64,000 bases of DNA from an uncultured Nitrososphaerota archaeon (GCA_963799845.1 CAWCYI010000004.1:1664001-1728000), one strand, 5' to 3'; positions 30,435-41,010 are shown, counted from the first letter of the stretch. The notes: generated by a model from the sequence alone, not told the origin. Program-made: numbers and translations.

Positions 30435-31286
30435 CTAAATCTCGCCTTTGTGCCCGTGATTATCTTTCGTTCTCGTCCTAAGTTTAAGAAGAATGCTATT
30501 TTCCCGCGTATTGTATGTGGTCTCAAGAACAAAAAATTCTTCGCCACAAATTGATTGGAGAGAGCCCGCGAGCATCCCGTAAATGAAACGCGTGTCAACA
30601 AACGTATGCCCGTCCAGAAGGTGTGGTTGGGAGATCACGACGTCAAACCCGTTCCATATTTTTCTGATGTCGAATATTCCCCAGCCGGCAGCTTTTAGCG
30701 AATCCGCCAGATTCCTCAACTGTGACTCCTGATCCTGAGCAAAATTACTCGACTTCAGTATCTTGGAATTTTCAATGGAATAGTCTTTACCCATCTGGTA
30801 CAAGAACGCGTGACCTCCACTCCCAATTTTCTCAAACATTGTTTGTTCCAACTTGATTAGGGCGTTCAAACCCATTATCACGGCACGATCACCGTCAACG
30901 GTCACGATTGGATATAGGAAGTCGTCAAAGTGCCTCTTCTGGTCGATGTCAACTTCAACCATCTGAATGACTGGGAGATCTTTGAGCTCCTTGATAATTT
31001 GGTCAACCGAACATGAGGAATTTGAAAAATCTGCGTAAAGGATCAGGAGATACGCATTACCCTGCTTGTCCGCGTGGCCGTACGTTACCTCGATGTTAAG
31101 ATTCTGTTTTGCAAAGATACCGGAAATTGACGCAAGAGCTCCAATTTCATTCTTGCAGATAATCATAAACTCAATAACTTTGATGCCCGGAGGTCGGAGG
31201 AGGGCAATATTTCTGGGATAGTTTTTTCTTGTGGGATGTGTTGAATCATTCATTGGAGCTCGCAAGAAGACAATATGGCTATCCAC
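30435..31286 (-). CDS. ACT plus V4R domain protein
   Basis: NEIGALASISGIF...NLNI ACT motif; LYQMGKDY, GWG, YGMLAG V4R without the Cys ligands. Confidence 0.8.
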   Translation of the reverse strand: MDSHIVFLRAPMNDSTHPTRKNYPRNIALLRPPGIKVIEFMIICKNEIGALASISGIFAKQNLNIEVTYGHADKQGNAYLLILYADFSNSSCSVDQIIKELKDLPVIQMVEVDIDQKRHFDDFLYPIVTVDGDRAVIMGLNALIKLEQTMFEKIGSGGHAFLYQMGKDYSIENSKILKSSNFAQDQESQLRNLADSLKAAGWGIFDIRKIWNGFDVVISQPHLLDGHTFVDTRFIYGMLAGSLQSICGEEFFVLETTYNTRENSILLKLRTRTKDNHGHKGEI

Positions 31287-31355
31287 AGTATTTCACCCCA
31301 TCTGTACAATTGTATACAGCATGCGACTTCGAATTTAGTGAATGAGCTGCGTCAG

Positions 31356-32219
31356 TCAGACTGGCGCCAGCGCTTTTCGAGCAGCAATGTAACCCAGGAC
31401 AGCCATGACGACGGCAAACACGATCAGGTACGCACCGTCTCCAGAAAAACTCGATAGCTGAGTCGATGATAGAGTGCCATTGATCATCAGGAGTCTCGCG
31501 GAATTGGTCGCCTTCGTGATCGGGTTGACGTTCGATATGGCTAGTAACCAGCTCGGAAAACCCGCCTGCGGAAATAGCGCAGTGCTCGTGAAGACAAGTG
31601 GAAATGTCGCAAAGTTCACGATTGCAACCAGGGAGTCGATGCTCTTCACTGAAAGCGCGAGAGCGGTGAACACACAGGATAGAGCGAATGCGAGGAGAGC
31701 GAACGAGCCGAATACTCCGATCAAATCGAGAACGCCAAATCCCTTTCCGAGCTCCAGTCCGTTTGGCAGGACAAGCGCGATGATAAATGAGAGAAATGCA
31801 AGTGACATTGCCTTTACCATGTTTTGCAGGACCCCGGAGAAGTAGATTGACGCCCTGGAAATTGGGGCGGTGAGCAGCGTGCTGAGAAAGCCGAGCTGCC
31901 TGTCGAGCACAAGGTCGATCCCACCGAACGCCATGTTGAATACGAGAATCAAACAGATGATCCCGGCGGTCAGGTACGAGATATACGTGGCCGCACCTCC
32001 GAAAGTCTGGGACAGTATGGATGTCTTGATCAATTGGAGCACAGAAGAGGTAATCTGGATCCCACCAATGTTGGATGGAATCAAGCTCGTGGGATTGAAC
32101 GAGTTTCCGAATAAAGCAAGATAGAATAGCGCCGTAAAAAATCCGGGGAGCACCGCGGCCGGATTACGGATCCACTTCTTCAAAGCTCTTCCCGTTAGGG
32201 CAGACAAATCCTCGAGCAT
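31356..32219 (-). CDS. ABC-2 exporter permease
   Basis: YLTAG, DRQLGFL..LLTAPISR, NPIT. Confidence 0.9.
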   Translation of the reverse strand: MLEDLSALTGRALKKWIRNPAAVLPGFFTALFYLALFGNSFNPTSLIPSNIGGIQITSSVLQLIKTSILSQTFGGAATYISYLTAGIICLILVFNMAFGGIDLVLDRQLGFLSTLLTAPISRASIYFSGVLQNMVKAMSLAFLSFIIALVLPNGLELGKGFGVLDLIGVFGSFALLAFALSCVFTALALSVKSIDSLVAIVNFATFPLVFTSTALFPQAGFPSWLLAISNVNPITKATNSARLLMINGTLSSTQLSSFSGDGAYLIVFAVVMAVLGYIAARKALAPV

Positions 32220-33215
32220 CTAGTTCGTCCTCCCGAGGTTCATGTTCTGCACCCAGGATTCTTCCCCGCCTCCTTCGTCCTCCCTCATCGAGCGGCCTGT
32301 GACGTCGAGGAACACGTCATCTAGTTTCGGCCGCGTGAAGGAGATTTCTGTAATCTTCAAGCCGCGTTTGGTGACGCCATCAATTATGACAGGAAGCGCC
32401 TGTTCCGTCTTTGGGAGTTTCATCTTGTAATCCCGTCCTTCGTGGCTCACGTCGGTTACGTCGGGAACGGTCTTGAGAAATTCGGTGAGGTCTATATCGC
32501 CGCTGACAGAGATGGAGAGGATGTCCCCGCCGAATTTTTCCTTCAAATCATTGGGCGAGCCAAGTACTTTTATCACTCCGTGATCTATTATCGCGATTCT
32601 CTTGCACAACCCGTCAGCCTCTTCTAGGTAATGCGTGGTCATGAAGACAGTCAACCCGCGCTCCTTGTTTAGGCGGTTAATGTAATCCCAGACCTTCGTC
32701 CTAGTCTGGATGTCCAACCCGAGCGTAGGTTCATCCAGGAACAACACCTTGGGGGAGTGAACGAGGCCCATCGCCATCTGCAGCCGCCTCCTCATACCAC
32801 CGGAGTAGGTTCTCACACGCCTATCGGACGCTTCTTCTAGGTCGAAGAGCTTTAGCAGGTCCTTTGCCCTGACCGACATTTCGGATCGAGGGACATGGTG
32901 AAGCCTCGCGGCAAGCACCAGATTCTCGATGCCCTTTAACTCATCATCGGCAGTAAGCTCCTGCGGGACAACACCGATGCTCCTTCGGACTGCCGAAGGA
33001 TCGTGAGCGACGTCAAAACCTGCGACGCTCGCTGTACCCGATGTGATAGACGCAAGAGTCGTCAGCATCTTGATCGTCGTAGTCTTCCCGGCCCCGTTGG
33101 GCCCGAGAAAACCGAACACTTCACCTTCTTCAACGGAAAAAGAAACGTCATCGACCGCCTTTGTCTTGGGCGGGTAAAGTTTGCTGATATTTTCAGCTTG
33201 AATAATAGAGGGCAT
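32220..33215 (-). CDS. ABC exporter ATP-binding protein (DrrA-like)
   Basis: GPNGAGKTT, YSGGM, LDEPT, TTHY; start ATG 33215. Confidence 0.93.
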   Translation of the reverse strand: MPSIIQAENISKLYPPKTKAVDDVSFSVEEGEVFGFLGPNGAGKTTTIKMLTTLASITSGTASVAGFDVAHDPSAVRRSIGVVPQELTADDELKGIENLVLAARLHHVPRSEMSVRAKDLLKLFDLEEASDRRVRTYSGGMRRRLQMAMGLVHSPKVLFLDEPTLGLDIQTRTKVWDYINRLNKERGLTVFMTTHYLEEADGLCKRIAIIDHGVIKVLGSPNDLKEKFGGDILSISVSGDIDLTEFLKTVPDVTDVSHEGRDYKMKLPKTEQALPVIIDGVTKRGLKITEISFTRPKLDDVFLDVTGRSMREDEGGGEESWVQNMNLGRTN

Positions 33216-33311
33216 TCGAGTTCGACAGAGCGTAAGGAACATAATGAAAAGCTTCTCCCTCAAGAATGCTACCGAAGGCTTTACAGGAGCGAGTCTCTTA
33301 CATCTACGACT

Positions 33312-34151
33312 ATGGCCTTCTGCCGAAATTGTGGTGCGACTCTCCCTTCAGCAGCAAAGTTCTGTCCTGCTTGCGGTGTTCCCGTCTACGCCTCGGGGAG
33401 AAATAGCGAAGTAACTCACAATTCGTTTCAGATTGCCGGTAAACCAAAGGTCATCATCAACCTCAGAACGCCGGGTTCAGTGGACGTAAGAAGAGGGGAA
33501 GCCGGAGCGATCACCGCAGACGCAGATGTGATGGAGCCGGAAAGTATCGATTACTCCGCAAGACAGGAGAGTAATCTCATCACGATCACGGGTCGGACAA
33601 AGTCCTGGAACCCACTGATCTGGGGATCCTACGCTTTTTCCGGAGGACCGAGAACCAACGTTCGAGTGACCATTCCTCCCGACGGTGACTTGACCATCGA
33701 GACGCAGACCGATTCGATTTCCGTGAGCGGGATTTCTGGCAGCATTAACGCCGAATCGAAGACCGGCCCGATTCGTTTGAAGGACTGCAATGGCACCTTC
33801 TCGATAAAGACGCATACGGGAAACGTCGACATGGACGACGTTAACGGTACGGTCGATGTTCGAAATACCATCGGGAACGTGAGCTACTCGGGAGCACTGT
33901 CGGCCGGCGTGAACGCTTTTCGAGCCACGACGGGTGATATTGAGGTTGCCCTAAAAGGAACTTCTGATCTTTCGCTCGACGCATCGACGACGGTGGGTCG
34001 CATTGTCTGCAGGCTGGAAATGACTGAATCGCACTATGATAGGGGTGATTTTGTCGGGCAGCGCCTTACGGGACGGATAGGTTCGGGCAAGGGCAGGCTG
34101 GTAATCGAAGCCACGACGGGCTCGATCTCGATCTACCGGGCTGGCAACTAG
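33312..34151 (+). CDS. zinc ribbon plus DUF4097 beta-strand repeat protein
   Basis: FCRNCG...FCPACG then T..G.I repeats; start ATG 33312. Confidence 0.85.
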   Translation: MAFCRNCGATLPSAAKFCPACGVPVYASGRNSEVTHNSFQIAGKPKVIINLRTPGSVDVRRGEAGAITADADVMEPESIDYSARQESNLITITGRTKSWNPLIWGSYAFSGGPRTNVRVTIPPDGDLTIETQTDSISVSGISGSINAESKTGPIRLKDCNGTFSIKTHTGNVDMDDVNGTVDVRNTIGNVSYSGALSAGVNAFRATTGDIEVALKGTSDLSLDASTTVGRIVCRLEMTESHYDRGDFVGQRLTGRIGSGKGRLVIEATTGSISIYRAGN

Positions 34152-34930
34152 ATAACGCCGAGATGGTACTTTCCTTCTATTTCCTGGATCCGCTTTGGGT
34201 TAATCGGCGGCATCGGGGGAACCACGAAGTAGTTTGTGAGCTGGCGTCCCGCGCCGTAAAACATGAAATAATATACAAGGTGGCTCAAGTACGGATCTTC
34301 AAGCCCCGAGAGAGACACGCGAAGTTCGCGCATCTTCTGGAACATTTTCGGGAACAATCCGCGGTATTCGTCGTAGATGCGGTCAAACATAACCACCAGA
34401 GGGTCGTTATAGTCTCCCCAAGCTCTGTAAAATTGTGATGCTATCCGCCTGATTGCCTGATTTGCGATCATCGTGGGAAAGGGTGAGCGGTGGTTAGCCC
34501 ACCAGGCAGTAGGCCAGCCAGACGTTACACGCTCTCCCGTGAAAAGGTTGCAGAGCTCGTGGGCAAGAATTCCATAACGGTACCTGGTTTCCTCCCCACT
34601 GCCCCGCGCAGTAGCTGAGTTCTCCGTTGCCGGTTGCTCCGGATATACCTCCTTGACACTCGGTACTCGGTCTGACAGAGACACGGATTGGAAGATTATT
34701 TGCGTCCCCGAGCTGGAGGATATCGTTTTTGTAAACCGAGTACACTTTCTCCAGGTAAAGCAGTCCTTCCCTAGCAATCCAGTCCGAACCAACGACGCTG
34801 CTCCTCCCGAACTGGGGGCGCCACTCGAAATGCTCGGATCGCCCTAAGAAATATTCATCCTGAGGATTTCCGGCAGTGTCGTCCTTTCTCCTCTTCCTTG
34901 AAAAAATTGAAAAATCCCTTCCCTCCTCAA
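34148..34930 (-). CDS. zincin-like hypothetical protein with variant HExxN motif; frameshifted, start approximate
   Basis: The frame of ORF 34494-34745 joins the frame of ORF 34148-34792 near 34595; GILAHELCNLF. Confidence 0.5.
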
Positions 34931-35055
34931 ATCTCGATTTTTCTGCAATTTATTACCTGTCTAGAGCCAGATGAACCGTACAGAAAATAGCCAGTATCCT
35001 ACTAAAAACGATTATTACTCCAATCAGCCCTCATACAAGGAAGAGGTTTTGTTCA

Positions 35056-35652
35056 TTGCACAGATATCTCGTCAGACTGGCGAACAAGAAAAATTACTCT
35101 CCAAAGCAGACTTTGCCACTGATGATCGAATTCAGAAAGAAAGTTGACAAGTTCGGCACCGTCGTTAAGAACATGCGAGTAACGGGGGTTGCCATCGAAT
35201 TCGATCTTTATGCCAACGACAAGGCTTCGATGGAAGAGTCAGTAAAGGAATTATCCGAAGAATACGGAAATGTCCTTCTTGGTCGGGATCTGACAGAGCA
35301 AGATACGAGTTTTCCAACTCTCTATCACGACAAGGAAGAAACAGTCAAGGAATCGGTCCAACTTTTCAACGAGCAGCGATACTGGGAGTGTCATGAAGCT
35401 ATGGAACAGATCTGGCGCAGGGAAACAAATCCGACCGAGAAAGCATTGCAGCAGGGAATGATTCTTTCTGCTTCTGCTTTGGTTCACGCACAGAAAGATG
35501 AGGACGCCATTTGCATCGGGATGATTCCCAGCGCCCTCACGAGGCTTAATCAATGGAAAGAAGCAAGCTACTATACTCTTAACGTGGATCTCTTGAAGAA
35601 AAGCATGGAAGAGATTCTAAAAAGCGGTAAGATTACCTATCCTAAGATATGA
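35056..35652 (+). CDS. DUF309 domain protein with N-terminal extension
   Basis: LFNEQRYWECHEAMEQIW, QGMI....ALVH. Confidence 0.88.
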   Translation: MHRYLVRLANKKNYSPKQTLPLMIEFRKKVDKFGTVVKNMRVTGVAIEFDLYANDKASMEESVKELSEEYGNVLLGRDLTEQDTSFPTLYHDKEETVKESVQLFNEQRYWECHEAMEQIWRRETNPTEKALQQGMILSASALVHAQKDEDAICIGMIPSALTRLNQWKEASYYTLNVDLLKKSMEEILKSGKITYPKI

Positions 35653-35805
35653 GGTTTCGCCTCTCAGCTCTTCTCAGGCGAACTCTTCCGCGCTGGATAT
35701 GATATTTCTAGGCATGATAATTGAGCTTAAAAATCCACATCTGCGATAACCTGCAGGACAACAAAATCTTGGTATCTTTGGAATCAAGACTTCCCCGTAG
35801 ACCCG

Positions 35806-36228
35806 ATGAATCTTCCAAAAGCCGGAGGCATCTGTAGCTTGGCAATCAAAGATCCACAAAGGTTGTGCGAATCGCTTCTTTCAATAGATCCCGGGATCAT
35901 ATACACCTGCATTCTCTCGTCGACTGGAGAGCAAATCAGCTCCGCAGCCAAGCCATCCGCCAAAGTGATCATAACATCAAACGATCAATTAATCAGTCAC
36001 TTCAAAGCGGTCAGTCAGCTCGTTACAGCGTACGTTAACTCCGCACCTGCATTGCCTCAGGGAGAACGTTTGTTCGGTGAACTGAAAGACATCGTGGCGA
36101 CGTTCGGTAACCTTAGAGTGATATTGATTCTAAACCAAACTTTGCAAGCAGTGGTTGCTTTGGTAACATTGAAAGAGGCTGATTCAAAGAAGATAACATT
36201 CCAATCGTCAAAGATAATTGCTGGCTAG
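35806..36228 (+). CDS. roadblock/profilin-like hypothetical protein
   Basis: LLSIDPGIIYTCIL...GE, FGEL, alternating strands; assignment by pattern only. Confidence 0.5.
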   Translation: MNLPKAGGICSLAIKDPQRLCESLLSIDPGIIYTCILSSTGEQISSAAKPSAKVIITSNDQLISHFKAVSQLVTAYVNSAPALPQGERLFGELKDIVATFGNLRVILILNQTLQAVVALVTLKEADSKKITFQSSKIIAG

Positions 36229-36244
36229 TTCTGATTTCGGCGAG

Positions 36245-37174
36245 TCACTCCTCGATATTTCGTAAGATCCCCTGCCCAAATCCCAGCGAAATTTCCATGT
36301 CCGGGTTGAGATTTCCCTGCTTTGATTTGAGGCAGGCGTCAACCGGGTCGTACGAGTCGATCACCCCGGTGGCATCATCCATTGATTGATAACTTATGAG
36401 GTGGTTTGAATTACTCTCAGAAACCACTCCGGTCTCGTAATTCTTTGAGAATTCGCTTGATGATTCTATAACAGAGTAGGGGTTTGCCCTGATATAATCC
36501 ACAATGTCCTCAACGCCGGTGTTGCTCCCATCACGTTCGATTGGCTGGACGAGAGCGTTTATCGCCATCGAAAGTTTTTCGCAGAGACGAGCGTAGGCGT
36601 CGATGAAGGGCAGTTTATCTTTGATCAAGGCATCATTTCCGAGGAGCATGATGCCGTCGGAAATCCTAGTAAGCTGGCGAAGAGCACAACCGGCAAAAAA
36701 ATGCTTGTGCTTCTCAAAGATGAAAGGCATCGAGACGATACCTACCACCATCGCGTGAACCTGCCTCGCACATGCTGCCACAAGTGGAGCCAGACCAGAA
36801 CCGACGGAGCCACCCAGTCCAACAATAATCAATACGATTTGAGATCCCTCCAGAGCATATTTCACCTGATCGAGCTGGGAAAACACCATACCGCGCACAT
36901 TTGCTGGGCTTCTCTCACTCGCATTTGAAATCCGTAGGAGTATTTTCTTTCCCGAAGAAATATCCGCAACATCCTCTTCGTCGCAGCTGATGTATAGAAA
37001 ATTGCTCAATTGTTTGCACTGGTGGGAAAGCTCGTGAGCAATGTCGCAACCCCTCGTCGAAATTCCAACGACCGTGATCTTCTTGCCATAGGTCTCTTTG
37101 AAAAGGGCGAAATCAGTTATCTTGAAATTTTTTCTCAGCAAAACGGTGGAGGATCGCGGCATGGCTAGCCGCAA
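36245..37174 (-). CDS. ftsZ: divergent FtsZ/tubulin-like protein
   Basis: ITVVG, GLGGSVGSG.AP, MPFIFE, NDAL; short C-terminal part. Confidence 0.75.
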   Translation of the reverse strand: MRLAMPRSSTVLLRKNFKITDFALFKETYGKKITVVGISTRGCDIAHELSHQCKQLSNFLYISCDEEDVADISSGKKILLRISNASERSPANVRGMVFSQLDQVKYALEGSQIVLIIVGLGGSVGSGLAPLVAACARQVHAMVVGIVSMPFIFEKHKHFFAGCALRQLTRISDGIMLLGNDALIKDKLPFIDAYARLCEKLSMAINALVQPIERDGSNTGVEDIVDYIRANPYSVIESSSEFSKNYETGVVSESNSNHLISYQSMDDATGVIDSYDPVDACLKSKQGNLNPDMEISLGFGQGILRNIEE

Positions 37175-37417
37175 GGCCAGTGTGACCCGCGTATTTATTT
37201 TCGCACTTTGTTAATCTCAACCAATCTTGTCAACAAGTGCTACTGCAATCTAGTGGTAACATCGCCTTTGAAAATCGCAATTCGGTAGAGCTCGGAGAAA
37301 TCCATTGCGGGAGAAGTTCCAGAGGTTGAGAGTGTCCTTGAGACTCTAAAACATCTAACGTCGCGATGCTTTTAATTCGACCTTTATTGAAATAGAAGCA
37401 TCTGGATCGCAGGGACT

Positions 37418-37828
37418 TTGAAACTGCCAAGAATTCTCAGCTCACTTTTAGTCGCGTCTGCTCTTTCTCTCACGTTCGGAGGAATCCTGCTCTACGTTTA
37501 TGCGCTCGTTCCTGTCATTCTAGTCGAGACCACATTTGCAGCGGTAATTGTGCTATTCATACTGTCTTATTTTGTCTCAAAGGGAAACATGATCTCGATA
37601 AATATCGGAACGATTCTGGGAGTCATCGCTCCAATAATGTCGTACCTCACACCGGCCCACGTTGGAGTCCTCGAGCAAATCGGGACGGGGGGCCTAATCT
37701 CGTTATTGGGAATTTTGCAGCTTTTAGGATTCTACCTATTCCCAATTCTATATGTCATCCTGCGGATCGTTTACAACGGAAAACTCAAGCAGCTAGCAAA
37801 TTCACCGCGCGCTTTTGTAAGATCCTGA
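37418..37828 (+). CDS. four-helix membrane protein
   Basis: Four hydrophobic segments. Confidence 0.7.
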   Translation: MKLPRILSSLLVASALSLTFGGILLYVYALVPVILVETTFAAVIVLFILSYFVSKGNMISINIGTILGVIAPIMSYLTPAHVGVLEQIGTGGLISLLGILQLLGFYLFPILYVILRIVYNGKLKQLANSPRAFVRS

Positions 37829-38650
37829 GAATACATGGCGGCATCCGGATCCCAGCTACTTAGCAAGCCAGCGTTTCAATTTCGATGCTTTCAAACGAAG
37901 CAAAATCATAATAGTATACGCATCACTTTCGGGATCAAGTCGCGCGCTTTGATTTGGAAGAACCGCCCCTTTTTGCCGAGCAAGAAGCTATTGCTCTAGT
38001 GCGCGAACTACGCAGGATTGAACTTTCGAATTACCGAGGGGTCGGCGGAATCGTAAGGTACGAACAGCGTTTTATCTCTCTAGAGCAACTCGCAGTAGAA
38101 TCGAATTTTCTACCTAGATGCTGAGCCGAGATACTAGGGCGTCTCAGAAGTAAAAATTAGAATCTAACGTTAGTTCGTGACTCCTAGAATGGTGACCGCA
38201 AATGTGATGGATGCGACGACAGCATCTAAAATGTTCTCGGTAAGAAAATACGGAGCCGCCAGCGCCGTAAGTGCTGGCGAAATAAGATATTCCTGTGAAG
38301 GCGGCACGACTAATTGCACTGCTCTTTTTCGATTATTGTTTGAAGAAGCGAATTTATGAAATCATAGTCTTTCTTCGAGCCCAACCTGGTATATCGGGAT
38401 TCGATATATGTCTCTTGGCCTGTCGAATCGCACGCGATCAGAAAGTATCGAGCAAGGAGTCTACTTCTGTTCAGCCTCATCTTCTCGCATAGCTTTTCTC
38501 CAAATCGACTTGGCCGAACCTCTTTCTTTGAATCAAGTTAGGTAACAGCACTGATTTGCAATATATTGCAATGGTCCCATATTCAGTTCTAGACTGTTAA
38601 ATTCTCTTGGTTTAAGAACGATATTTCAAAAGCGCGATTCGATTCTTGAA

Positions 38651-40483
38651 ATGCAAAAAAATTGCTTAAGATCGAATCAAGTTAATGGTCTAAGCTTCAG
38701 AATAAACTCGAAATTTCATAATTCAGTACCCTTTACACGTCGGTCTATCTGTATCAATCTGTTGGTGATCGCTACTTTTGCGCTAGCATCCACTGTTTCA
38801 ATGGTCGGAGTCAGCATCCATGCTTCCGGATATTCTCAGGTTTCGAATTCTCAATCCGCACAGACATCAAGTCTTTATCCACTGGTAAAGTCCCCCGCGG
38901 TTCCGTCATCACTATATGAAGTGAACGTGGGTGGAAAGTCTCCACTTTCCAACTCGACAAATATTCCACTGAACTATCCACTACCAAAATCATCTACACC
39001 TGCCACGACAATTTATGTTGTGGGTTCATCTGGATTCAGTTATACAATTGGAGCACTTGAAGGTATAGTAGCAAGAAGTCAACCACAAATGTTTCTGATA
39101 ACAAACAGTCAAGATAGATCGTGGTTGACATTTACCGAAAGCTACTACAAAGGCATTACAGATCAAACACTAACAGCAAGTCAAGCATTCTCGAAATTTT
39201 CGTCATACTTCTCAACAAACGGAAAAGCAAATATCATAGTTTATGATGACAGTGATCCGAATTTTCCGTTAGAAGTAAACATGGCGAGAACACTAGCAGG
39301 AGCTTACAATGCGATTCCTGTTGGTTCAAGTGAGCTATCAACTTTCGATGGATATTTCAAAAATAATGTGAATGTTCTTTATAATCTGAAGACTATGTAC
39401 GGCTCAACATTCACTGATACGTTATCTGGTTATCAGTGGCTCTGGAACAATGTTCAAGGTAGGATAGGAAATCAATTCTTTGTGATCTCGCCATCAGCAA
39501 ATATCGGTCTCACAGATTATGCAGTGGAATGGAAGGCCTTCATCTTTAGTTTTAGTGACATTTCTCCTACAGATCTCACGCAAGCTGAGTTGAATTTCGC
39601 TAATACTGTAATGAGTTCATATCCAAGCGGGACTCCGGTGTTAGGATTCTTTGGTCTCGGTGGAGAAGGAAATACTGTTGGAAGCCTAACAACACACCAA
39701 GAATATATGACAGTATCCGATGATGCTGCAGATCTTTCTTTCTACTCAGGCTTTCCTAACGCTGAAAACTTGCAACAAACTACTGCGGCACCTATTTCTT
39801 ACCAAGCATCAAAGACATACGTTTTGTGGCAATTCACTCAAGGTGATGCTCTTGCGCAATACCTAATGTATTCAAACTGGGCGCAGTTCACTCAGAAAGA
39901 TAGCAGCGGGAAACTGTACATATCTGAAATTCCATCAGATTGGCAAATTAATCCGTTGATGGCTGAAATTGCGCCACCGATTATGGAAGGATGGTACACG
40001 ACTGCAACATCAGACACGTCATTCATTTCAGGTGCGTCAGGAGGAATCTATGTTCATCCTGATACCTTACCAATTACTAGTCAATTTTTCAATGTTGTTC
40101 TTCCACTTGATAAAAATGCTCAGATAAACTATCAGTTTGTAATCTTTGGACAACGACCACCAGGAACATCTGCAATAACAAATTACATTCAACAATCAGG
40201 AGCAGATGCGATATTCAACTGGCAGAAAACAGGTGCAAGTCCGATTGTAATTAGTCATGTTCCTGTCTTTTACCAAACCTTTACAGTTAGTACCGGGACC
40301 TCTGCGAGTTCAGTTGAGAGCCAAATCAAATCAGCAGGAACACACTTTGTCTATGTTACAATGAATGCGAATAATCCAGGAATGCCATTCATACAACAAG
40401 TGATGAGTTCACTCGGTTCAAATTATGTAGCAGTAAGATCTGACCAGTTTGTTGAATTATTCTGCAATAGTCAGTCATGTTAG
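38651..40483 (+). CDS. secreted GxGYxYP-family putative glycoside hydrolase
   Basis: ALEGIVAR, LTDYAV, SD..DLSFYSG, TQGDA, W.INP...EIAP, SGGIYVHP; N-terminal hydrophobic anchor. Confidence 0.7.
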   Translation: MQKNCLRSNQVNGLSFRINSKFHNSVPFTRRSICINLLVIATFALASTVSMVGVSIHASGYSQVSNSQSAQTSSLYPLVKSPAVPSSLYEVNVGGKSPLSNSTNIPLNYPLPKSSTPATTIYVVGSSGFSYTIGALEGIVARSQPQMFLITNSQDRSWLTFTESYYKGITDQTLTASQAFSKFSSYFSTNGKANIIVYDDSDPNFPLEVNMARTLAGAYNAIPVGSSELSTFDGYFKNNVNVLYNLKTMYGSTFTDTLSGYQWLWNNVQGRIGNQFFVISPSANIGLTDYAVEWKAFIFSFSDISPTDLTQAELNFANTVMSSYPSGTPVLGFFGLGGEGNTVGSLTTHQEYMTVSDDAADLSFYSGFPNAENLQQTTAAPISYQASKTYVLWQFTQGDALAQYLMYSNWAQFTQKDSSGKLYISEIPSDWQINPLMAEIAPPIMEGWYTTATSDTSFISGASGGIYVHPDTLPITSQFFNVVLPLDKNAQINYQFVIFGQRPPGTSAITNYIQQSGADAIFNWQKTGASPIVISHVPVFYQTFTVSTGTSASSVESQIKSAGTHFVYVTMNANNPGMPFIQQVMSSLGSNYVAVRSDQFVELFCNSQSC

Positions 40484-40484
40484 A

Positions 40485-40721
40485 GAAACTCAACAGACAC
40501 TCGATCCTTCAAAAGGAAAAGCTGATGTTCACCTAGCCGAGGTTGCACTTTGCTATACAAAGTTAGGCAGGACAGATGTAGCGAGAAAGATACTGAACGA
40601 TCTCGTTGGGATTTCAAAGGATCAATATATCCTAGCAGATTATGTTTTTCCTCTTTATCTAGCGTTTGGCGAGAAGGACAAAGCTTTCGAATACTTGGAA
40701 AAGCGCGCGCGCTTCAACTGA
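40485..40721 (+). pseudogene. C-terminal TPR remnant of the type seen on archaeal cyclase/TolB-TPR proteins
   Basis: ALCYTKLGRTDVARKILNDL...LYLAFGEKDKAFEYLEK without its own N-terminus. Confidence 0.55.
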
Positions 40722-41010
40722 GCGTATTTGAATTCGCTTTCGCCCGTCTAATTCGATTTATGATTACTACGATTGGAGGATGCCTAAAGTCCCAAAGGTC
40801 GAAAAATAAACAGAAGGAAAACGATGCCGCAATGAATAAGATGACCAAAACGAAGTTAGTGTCATTACGAATAAAGAGATGTCCTCCGATATCGCCACCA
40901 ATTCCATAATCAAAAAGGAAAAAATAAGATAGCAGAAGGTAAAGTCCGAGGAAAAGAAAATTGCTCTTCAAATTTTCTTTGTATTTTGACCGAGAAGACA
41001 ATTGCGTCAA
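40714..41010 (-). CDS. small membrane protein
   Basis: Two hydrophobic helices. Confidence 0.4.
   Translation of the reverse strand: MTQLSSRSKYKENLKSNFLFLGLYLLLSYFFLFDYGIGGDIGGHLFIRNDTNFVLVILFIAASFSFCLFFDLWDFRHPPIVVIINRIRRAKANSNTLS

Noticed and set aside
33003-33311. N-terminal extension of the DUF4097 ORF with an apparent CxxC pattern
   Set aside because: It lies antisense to the ABC ATPase gene; the real start is at 33312.
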